Positions 54,819 to 64,000 of a DNA stretch of 64,000 bases are shown piece after piece. Position numbers and translations under genes: made by a program. The stretch comes from Schmidtea polychroa (lineage: Eukaryota): contig CM097885.1 in the NCBI GenBank assembly GCA_044892525.1, positions 19,532,001-19,596,000 of the forward strand, given 5' to 3'. The notes below the pieces were generated by a model. The model was not told the origin of the DNA, searched no databases, and was given only the letters and a program-made list of their open reading frames with translations. Each line of letters starts with the position of its first letter. The stretch's first letter is position 1.

Positions 54819-55957
54819 TGTAGTGAGCCGTTACACGGCCTTAACAATATCTATATACTTATTATACTATATTATATTATATTATATTATATATAAATGC
54901 GCGGTCACCAACGAATAAGGACCAAACAGAACACAAGTATAGTCAATCAAAAGTCGTGCGATCAGCTAATACTTCTACTTATCAATCAGGCTCTATTAAT
55001 CAATCTCAGACGAGTAAAGCAAATTCGATGCCATGTTATCATTATCAAGATAAACTGTATTCGGCTCCCAATAGTTTTAGTGTTGGCTCTCATAGACCAA
55101 CACCCTCATCCATTACAATTCGCGAAAGACGGAACAAATCCTAACAATAATATGAACCCGAAAAGATCTTTTTATCAAACCACCACACGTCTTTACAAAT
55201 TCTGATCAAGGTGATAATGCAAAAAAGGATCAGAACGGCAAAGGATATACATTTCCTCAAATATTGTATGCGAATGAGAATGGTCAAAATGGTTCATGGA
55301 CAAATCGGCAGGCTGTAAAATCTTTAGAAATAATCGGACTATATGAAATTATTATTTTTAGTTAACATTTTGTAAATGAGAAATGCCTGTTGAATATGTT
55401 TATCTGGTCTGATTATATTTTCATTTTTTATATAGTTTCTATAATATATTTTTGTTTTACTTAAATAAGTGAAAATGGTAATTTAAATAAAAATTGTGTA
55501 AATCGAATTTATTATATAAATTGTCTGACTTTAAATTGAATTTAATTACTTTTCTTCTCAAATGATTTTAAAATTATTTAGATTACTGATATTGTTAAAT
55601 TTCATAACCTCGAACAAGGAGGAAGTATGTAAGGATATTAATTCATCTGATGATAGGTATTCACAAATCGTGTTATTGAATCACCTTCCATTTGGTCTTG
55701 TTAATAAAACTAATATCATACAAAAGATAATCATGCTAGATGAGTGGGACGAATGTATTAAATATTGTTGTGACTACAAACAATGTGACGCGGTTTTGTT
55801 CAATACTACCCATTGTAAAATAATTCATTGCGAAAATCCATCATTATGTCAGCCAGAAAAAAAGAAAACTGAAGAATTATTTTGCGTTTTCTCGAATAAT
55901 GGTCAAAGAAATGATTCTATTGCCAAATCACCAGAAAGGACTACGCCAACCACAACA
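54819..55957 (+). repeat. 5' LTR (1139 bp)
   Basis: Matches 62085-63207 except for about three substitutions and a 16-bp indel. Confidence 0.97.
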
Positions 55958-58549
55958 TTGGTGTCAGAAGTGCCAGAACAATGTTCAAGATTTGAACATT
56001 TAGAAACTTATTTAGCGGCTAATATCATTGCTAAATCCAGATTACAGGAAATACAATCTATGTTAGTTTCTCATAAACGAACAGTGGAATTACGTCAAAA
56101 TATGTTCCATATGCTTTCCAAAATATTTACTGAATTAAAACTTTCATCAAAATTTAATCCTATATCCCATGATATTGATAGGCTGATAGATCATTTGATA
56201 ATTGCTCATTCCTGTTGTTTGTCATCAAATCGAGAAGAGTATATCAAATTAATTCAGACAATTCCAGATCGTGATTCTTTGGATCCCGTAGTCGTTCTAT
56301 GTGATTCCATTTAGAGCCCTGCAAATATCACAGATAATAATCATATTCCAAATGGTCAATTTCAAATTTCTGACCCGATAAATAAATCGTCTTTCAAATT
56401 TATCAGTAAAAGTATTCAATTACAATCTGAATCATCGGATACTAAATCCGAATTTTCCCTATTCAGTGCTTTCAATAGCTCAGCTGGTAATGATATTACT
56501 GAATTCCACAGTACACTGAATTCCACATCTCCCCTGTTACGGCTTTCAGATCAGAAATCATTTATGAACAGTTTGAATTCAGTTGGTTCGTCGAATTCTC
56601 TGCTGGAAAGTTTCTGCCAGTTAAATTCTCAAAACCACGCCGCAATCAAGAATAACAACAATAATAATCAGTCATACCATCACAACATCAATCAACAGGC
56701 AAACAACAACGGTGTGCTTAACTACGGTCAGTATCAGGATCGAAACGAAATGGATATAAATCGCATATTTGGCTCGGAGAAACTGAATTCACATTACGAT
56801 CAGAAATATAAAGATACAGCCGATATAGATTTTGATTCGATTAATGTTTCCCGGCAAGCATTGGCTGAGATGATTGCCGTTGAAAATCGTAAAAAAATGA
56901 CTCCGATCAATAATTATATACCAAATAACAAATTGCTAACGAGTGAGGTCTTATACACAGCCCCACAACGCATCATGCTTCGACCAAATCCAAATGAATT
57001 CTTAATGCAACAGAATAATGATTTTTTCACATTAAACTCTCGTGCACCGGGACAGCCATTTATTCACGATAATAAACCATCTCCCAGCGAATCGAGACTC
57101 AATCAAGCAATGCCCGTGTCAGCACCGCCAGGTACCTTAGATCGATTACCTCTAAATTATATTATTATATTATTAAATTATACTATATTATTATTGATTT
57201 ATATTATTATTGATATCATATATAAAATTATAATAAATTATTTAAATAAGCATCAGCCCACACGAGAGGGTAGCGCCGCACCGGGGCCCAAAAAGTTCCA
57301 AATATTACTAGAAAACCCTGGAACAAATAAGACACAAACCGTTTCAGTTGACACAGACACTACAATTAGAGGTCTTTCTAAAAATTACAGCATATTGACT
57401 AATCACAAATGCCGTTTTCTCTTGTCGTATAACGGCAACATTATTTCCGACAGTCGTACCTTGGGCGACTATGGAGTGACACCATACAGCGTCATTCATT
57501 GTTTGTTGCCATTTTTTGGCGGTTCCTCCGATTCGGAGAATGACTCAGGCAGCAACCCCAAACAGGCAAAACATAAACGTAGGTCCAACAACCAGCGATC
57601 AACGTACTTATGTCAATATTTTTTGGATGAGAATAACTCTCCACTTACTTGGCTGATAGCTACCGAACTAGCACTCGAGGGAATCGAGGTAACCAGTTCA
57701 CGAGACAAATACTGTCGCATCTTGCCGTTGATTCCGCCGACGATATTATGTAAACTTTCGTCCGTGATCCTTCGCACTTCGCCTACTAGCGTAAAAAACC
57801 CATATGAAGAATTGCGTACGGCAATCCTCGATATTTTTAAGGAACCTACAGCTGCCGTCTTCACTAAATACTTTAAGATGCAAACTTTGGGCAGCAGGAA
57901 ACCATCACAGTTCTTGCAACACGCCATGGCGGAACTAACGCAAATACATCCGGAGGCTGCGGCGGATCAAAAACTCTTGAGGCAATTTTTTCTGTCCGCT
58001 TTACCGCCACACGCACAACAAATTTTAGCGCTTTCGTCAACAGCAGACGTGGTAGAGCTAGCAAAGATGGCCGACAAGATTAACGAAGTCGTGCCACTTG
58101 GTCCGCAACCAACTTGCTCTGTGCAGTTAAGTAGCAGCACTAACCCCGAAATTTTACCTTCTTCTTCTTCTTCTTTGAAACCTTCGACCGAAGAAGCCTT
58201 ACTTTGCGCTATTACAGGCCTCACTAAACGCATCAGCGAGCTTGAGAATAGCATGTCCACCAGGCGGACAAATGACGACAGGCAATATGCCCAAAAATCA
58301 CACTTTGTGCAAAATACTCGTCAACGTTCACCTTCCCCTGCAACCAGGAACCTGTGCCGTTTCCATTTTAAGTTTCGTAACAAGGCACGGTTCTGCCATC
58401 TAGGTTGCAATTGGCGAGATAAAGCACCATCCTGTCAGATACTTGACAAGTGCATATACCACGACAGGTTCGGAGATAAAGCCTTAAAATGCTTCGAAGG
58501 CTGCTCCAATTACACAAAACCTAAAGCAAACAATCAAAAAAACTTATAA
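55562..58549 (+). CDS. gag: Extended Gag polyprotein frame: signal peptide-MANEC-linker-[TAG]-N/Q-rich region-hydrophobic segment-UBL-Gag
   Basis: ORFs 55562-56314 and 56564-58549 are in the same frame and 56315-56563 is stop-free, so the only interruption is TAG at 56312-56314. Gag motifs NPYEELR, LGSRKPSQFL and two CHCC knuckles. Confidence 0.8.
55959..55972 (+). other. Primer-binding site (tRNA-Leu type)
   Basis: TGGTGTCAGAAGTG one base after the 5' LTR. Confidence 0.85.
57296..57523 (+). other. Ubiquitin-like domain, 76 aa, ending FFGG
   Basis: FQILLE...KTQTVSVDTDTTI...LSYNGNIISDSRTLGDYGVTPYSVIHCLLPFFGG, compared with ubiquitin [34 protein letters not shown]. Confidence 0.9.
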
Positions 58550-58582
58550 TGCCACCACTTCTAGCGGCAGAGGTGGGAGGCA
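58537..58582 (+). promoter_or_regulatory. -1 programmed ribosomal frameshift signal (gag to pol)
   Basis: A AAA AAC heptamer at 58537-58543, then a hairpin tgcc-a-ccacttct...agaggtgg-ga-ggca starting 6 nt downstream; pol is in the -1 frame. Confidence 0.8.
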
Positions 58583-61500
58583 AAATTTCATCAAAATCAG
58601 ATTTATTTTTAATAGAAGCAGAGTCAAACGCTTTTAATATATTGTCGTCTCCTTCCAACAGACTAAAATTCCTTGTCGACACTGGTTCCAGCTTGTCGAT
58701 CTTACCTAAAGAGTACCTTCCAGACCTCAACACTGTCGATATTTCTTTGAAGGCCGCAAACGGTAGTGTTGTTGAGACTTTAGGTTCAAAGACAATTGCT
58801 TTCTCGTTGCCATTTCTGTCCGACCAATTATTTGAGTGGAAATTTTATATAGCAGAGGTTATTATCCCCATATTAGGATCTGATTTTTTAAGCGCTAACG
58901 AACTACTCGTAGATTGCCATGGACGCACTTTAAGGATAAATAACCAATTAAACTGCAGCACTATTCCCTCAAACATCTTTGAAGATCCACAGCGGATAGG
59001 AACGGACGATATAAATACTACTCCGTCGAAAACGGTTATAACAATCGAACACCCAAAAATAGCCTTAGATATTATTAATAGGTGTTTTAACACGCCAATA
59101 AGTGACGTTTCGAAGCCGCTTTACTGCCACGTGATCGACACAACTTCATCTTTACCAGTTAGATGCAAAATTAGACCACTGTCGAATGAAAAACTCGAAT
59201 TTGTACGTTCCGAGTTCACTAACCTCTTACATGAGGGTACCATTCGGAGATCTAAATCTCCATGGTCATCGCCATTGCACCTGGTCCCAAAAAAAGATGG
59301 CACTTTCCGTCCGTGTGGCAACTATCGAAACCTTAATGCTATTACGGTACATGATTCCTATAGCATGCCGCTTGTTAGTGATATCCTTCACCGTCTTTCA
59401 AAGGCAAAGATTTTCTCCACAATCGACCTCGTGAAGGCGTACCATCAGATACCCGTGCGAGAGTCTGACATAGAAAAAACAGCCGTAATAACTCCGATCG
59501 GACTTTTCGAGTACGTGCATATGCCTATTTGGCCTTCGTAATTCTGCACAGACCTTTCAAAGGTATATTGATCAAGTCTTAATGGACCTGCCTTTCGCAG
59601 TTCCTTACATAGACGACATTTTAATCGGATCACCTGATTTAGAGACGCATATAACCCATCTGACAAGAACTTTAACAGCACTTCAGCAATACAACCTTAA
59701 GGTAAACGTTGATAAGTGTACCTTCTTCCAACACGAGACTCGTTTTCTGGGACATTTAATTTCCGGAGATGGAATCCGACCTCCTCCGGATAGACTAGAT
59801 ACCATAGCCAAATTCCCACTTCCAAAAACAGTTTCACAACTGAGAAGTTTTTTGGGAACGATAAACTATTGTCATCGTTTTATTCCAGGGGTTTCTGACA
59901 TTTTGTCACCTCTTTCAGGTCTTGTTTCAAAACCAAAAAAGTCTTTAGTGTCATGGAGCGATACCACACTCAGTGCATTTGAAAACGCTAAGTCGGCACT
60001 TTCGAAAATTCAAACACTCCATTTTCCCAATGCTGATTTACCTTGGAGTCGGACCACTGATGCATCAAACGTTGCTATTGGTGCAGTATTACACCAATTA
60101 CATAATGACATTTCTGAACTCTTAGAGTTTTTCTCAAAGAAACTTTCTTCCGCACAACGGAAATATTCGGCTTTCGACCGAGAACTCTTAGGCATATATC
60201 TGTCAATCAAACATTTCAAGCACTTGCTTGAAGGTCGTCCTTTTGTCATCTACACTGACCACAAACCGCTAACTTATCTTTTTGGAATGAAAGACCCATC
60301 TCCACGACAACAGAGGCAAATCAGTTATATTTCAGAATTTTCTTGCGAAATACGCCACATTGCCGGCAAAGAAAACGTTATTGCAGACTGTCTTTCCCGC
60401 AGTACCAACGCTATATTGCACGATCCGATTTTTCCAGTACAGTGCCTCCGCGACAATCCACCTTCGGCAAAAGATCTAGCTGCTTTTGGCGATAAGCTTG
60501 AAATCGTGGACGGAGTACACTTTGACTCGTCTTTATCAGGTGTTTTAAGACCGATTTTGCACGATTCCTTACGGAAATTAGCTTTCCACTCCATTCACGA
60601 CTTACATCATCCAGGTTCGTCGGCTACCTTCAACCTATTGCATTCACATGTGGTTTGGCCAGCAATGAGGCACTATATTAAATTGTGGGTGAGTCAGTGC
60701 ATCGGTTGTCAACAACACAAGATCACTAGACACACTAAGCCACAGATGATTCACTATCCGACCGGAAATAGGTTCGAAATTCTTCACATCGACCTGGTCG
60801 GCCCCTTGCCTTCTGATCGTGGTTTTTCTTACTTATTAACCATGATTGACCGGAAAACGCGTTGGTTTGAGGTTATACCTCTAAAAAGCATTTCTGCTGA
60901 AATTGTAGCAAATTCAATTTTGCAACATTGGATTTCTAGATACGGTGTTCCAAAATCAATAATCACAGACAGGGGATCTCAGTTTGAATCCCAGCTATTT
61001 CAACAACTAACTGAAAAGCTCGGTATACAACACCTCCGTTCAACTGCTTACCATCCTCAGACAAACGGCATGATCGAAAGATTTCACCGTACTTTGAAGA
61101 CTTCTCTTGGAATACTTTCATCGAGACTTAATTGGACTAAAGCTTTACCTTTTGTCCTTCTTGGTTGGCGTAACACACCCTCCAGGACTACCGGAACTAC
61201 ACCGGCACAGTTACTTTTCGGTTCTTCAACATCGTTACCTAACGAATTAGTTGATTTCGATAACGCTCCTACCTTTGAGGAATTAGATATGGCTAGAGAT
61301 CATTTTCTTTCGATCGATAGCAACCCACAGTTTTCGTATGCTTCCTCATATACACCGTACGTCCCAAAGTCCTTCAAGGACGCAACTCACGTTTATCTTC
61401 GTAATATTACGGATTCAGGTCTCAAACCGAGATATTCGGGGCCTTACAAATTGATCGACATTAAGGATAACAATGCTCACATCGTTATTAACGGTGTTAC

Positions 61501-61915
61501 CCAAAATATAAATTTGTGCCGACTTAAACCTGCTTTCATGATTTCTGATGACGTGGACGAAAACAAACTTCACTCTGATTTAGAGAAAGTCTCAGTCGAA
61601 CCCATTCCAACTACGTCGAACGAAAACCCTTCAGTAGAACCTGCCACAGACTCAAACGAAATCGCGCGTACCTTGATCACAAACTACCAACGCGATATAA
61701 AGTTAGCTACAGAGAATACACATCCAGCAACAACAAATCCACTAAATCTTCGCTCAATTGTTTCGAAACCCGACAAGCAGCAAACCGCGAAAAATGTGAA
61801 AAATAGTGATAAGATTTGGGTGCGCCAAATTGGTGAAGACATTTCCAAACCTCCAAGACTTGCCAGAGTCTATTCCAATGAAAATTTGACACATCTGATG
61901 CTGAAATTCACTTAA
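58549..61915 (+). pseudogene. pol: Pol (protease, RT, RNase H, integrase) with a 1-bp insertion at ~59527
   Basis: LVDTGS, IDLVKAYHQI, MP(a)FGLRN, YIDD, TDAS, HHCC, HIDLVGP, TDRGSQF, MIERFH and GPY motifs. Confidence 0.95.
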
Positions 61916-62084
61916 CTTTATTCCATGTGATCAATTAATTCATCAATCGCCGATTTCCTTTTTAGACACTATCCACCTTTGATAAATTGTCACTACTCTT
62001 CGACTTACATCTTGTTTCTAGTAGATCTTTCATCAATCTCTATTCTTGAGTCCCTGTGCGCTCCGCGACTTCCCGTGGGGCTGA

Positions 62085-63207
62085 TGTAGTGAGCCGTTAC
62101 ACGGCCTTAACAATATCTATATACCTATTATACTATATTATATTATATTATATTATATATAAATGCGCGGTCACCAACGAATAAGGACCAAACAGAACAC
62201 AAGTATAGTCAATCAAAAGTCGTGCGATCAGCTAATACTTCTACTTATCAATCAGGCTCTATTAATCAATCTCAGACGAGTAAAGCAAATTCGATGCCAT
62301 GTTATCATTATCAAGATAAACTGTATTCGGCTCCCAATAGTTTTAGTGTTGGCTCTCATAGACCAACACCCTCATCCATTACAATTCGCGAAAGACGGAA
62401 CAAATCCTAACAATAATATGAACCCGAAAAGATCTTTTTATCAAACCACCACACGTCTTTACAAATTCTGATCAAGGTGATAATGCAAAAAAGGATCAGA
62501 ACGGCAAAGGATATACATTTCCTCAAATATTGTATGCGAATGAGAATGGTCAAAATGGTTCATGGACAAATCGGCAGGCTGTAAAATCTTTAGAAATAAT
62601 CGGACTATATGAAATTATTATTTTTAGTTAACATTTTGTAAATGAGAAATGCCTGTTGAATATGTTTACCTGGTCTGATTATATTTTCATTTTTTATATA
62701 GTTTCTATAATATATTTTTGTTTTACTTAAATAAGTGAAAATGGTAATTTAAATAAAAATTGTGTAAATCGAATTTATTATATAAATTGTCTGACTTTAA
62801 ATTGAATTTAATTGATTTTAAAATTATTTAAATTACTGATATTGTTAAATTTCATAACCTCGAACAAGGAGGAAGTATGTAAGGATATTAATTCATCTGA
62901 TGATAGGTATTCACAAATCGTGTTATTGAATCACCTTCCATTTGGTCTTGTTAATAAAACTAATATCATACAAAAGATAATCATGCTAGATGAGTGGGAC
63001 GAATGTATTAAATATTGTTGTGACTACAAACAATGTGACGCGGTTTTGTTCAATACTACCCATTGTAAAATAATTCATTGCGAAAATCCATCATTATGTC
63101 AGCCAGAAAAAAAGAAAACTGAAGAATTATTTTGCGTTTTCTCGAATAATGGTCAAAGAAATGATTCTATTGCCAAATCACCAGAAAGGACTACGCCAAC
63201 CACAACA
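62085..63207 (+). repeat. 3' LTR (1123 bp)
   Basis: Preceded by gtggggctga (weak PPT), followed by TSD ATATC. Confidence 0.97.
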
Positions 63208-63528
63208 ATATCTGAAACTTTAAAGAAATAGAGAATGGAATAAGATTGGAATAATATTGTTAAATTCCACAAGAAGACAATCATATGTTGTTTGAGTCAT
63301 ATTAGGTAATAAGCATTACACTGCTGCTGGATTGATTCCGTGTTCTCTAGTCTTTTCCAATATTCATAGTTGATATACGTAGTTCGTTCAATAATGCCTG
63401 GGACTGACTAAGGAAGAAATATGATAAACCAATCAAACCGATTTGTTTTAGCACCTACATATATGTTTGTTTATATGCATAAATTAAATAATCTGATGGA
63501 CTGACGTACGTACTCCATTTTTTGTCAA

Positions 63529-64000
63529 ATGGATATATTGGAATACAGAAGTGTGATAAAATTCTATGTGCTTTTAAAGAAGTTATCTGATGAAATATTT
63601 CGTGATATGGCAACAAATGTCCTTCTAGATCCACAATATATCGTTTGATATCATTATTGTTCATGAAAGTGTGCACCGGCCAACTGAAATTTCCTATCAT
63701 AAATTACGCTATGTAAGGCGATTATTCGAGCTGAAAGACGAATTAAAGTGGGTGAAATAGCAGAATTACTTAAAATAAGTGTTGGTAGTTGTCACAATAT
63801 CATTGGGAAATTAGGCTATCCCAAATTATACTCATAATCTGTTTCTGTCTCTTGACATTAAGAAAATGCGCCTCAACAGCACGTTTTCAAATTTGCAACT
63901 GTTGAATCAGTATGGTGATGCATTTCTTAATAATATTGTTACTGAGACACTTCCTTTATACTTACCTGAAACCAAAAGGGAATCATCTGAATGGAAATAT
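63529..64000 (+). pseudogene. Mariner transposase remnant running off the window
   Basis: MDILEYRSVIKF, YGNKCPSRSTIYR, RRIKVGEIAELLKISVGS and YLPETKRESSEW. Confidence 0.85.

Larger units (their letters stand above)
54819..63207 (+). mobile_element. Full-length Ty3/Gypsy LTR retrotransposon (CHCC-type Gag) with extended leader and UBL-Gag fusion
   Basis: Two TG...CA LTRs, 5-bp TSD ATATC (54814-54818 and 63208-63212), PBS and PR-RT-RH-IN order. Confidence 0.97.

Noticed and set aside
54897..55205. Short ORFs in the first half of the Gypsy LTR (also 62163-62471)
   Set aside because: Duplicated only because they lie in the LTRs; no recognisable domain, although captured host sequence cannot be excluded.
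61560..62084. env gene or chromodomain after integrase
   Set aside because: The integrase tail is low-complexity with no chromodomain pattern, and there is no room for a third ORF before the 3' LTR.

Overview
Very AT-rich eukaryotic (invertebrate) DNA with long (AAT)n microsatellites; a planarian/flatworm-like genome is my inference from composition only. The one clear intact host gene is an aminergic class A GPCR (13400-14692, -). The rest is a transposon graveyard: MULE, Tc1/mariner, hAT/Buster, piggyBac-type and Merlin-type MITEs, a Helitron, Penelope, a protein-primed PolB, solo LTRs, an actin pseudogene and an IAP-type RING. Two young full-length LTR retrotransposons stand out: a BEL/Pao derivative (19949-24573, -) and a Ty3/Gypsy element (54819-63207, +). 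They share an unusual plan: an ORF starts inside the LTR, carries host-gene-like cargo and reads across the primer-binding site, and Gag is fused directly behind a 76-aa ubiquitin or ubiquitin-like module ending Gly-Gly|Ser. The cargo resembles proteasome alpha1/PSMA6 (BEL LTR), a signal peptide + MANEC domain (Gypsy LTR) and the CNOT4 CAF40-binding motif (Gypsy leader). All protein family assignments are by-eye recognition from remembered sequences, not database searches, and I cannot confirm novelty against the literature.
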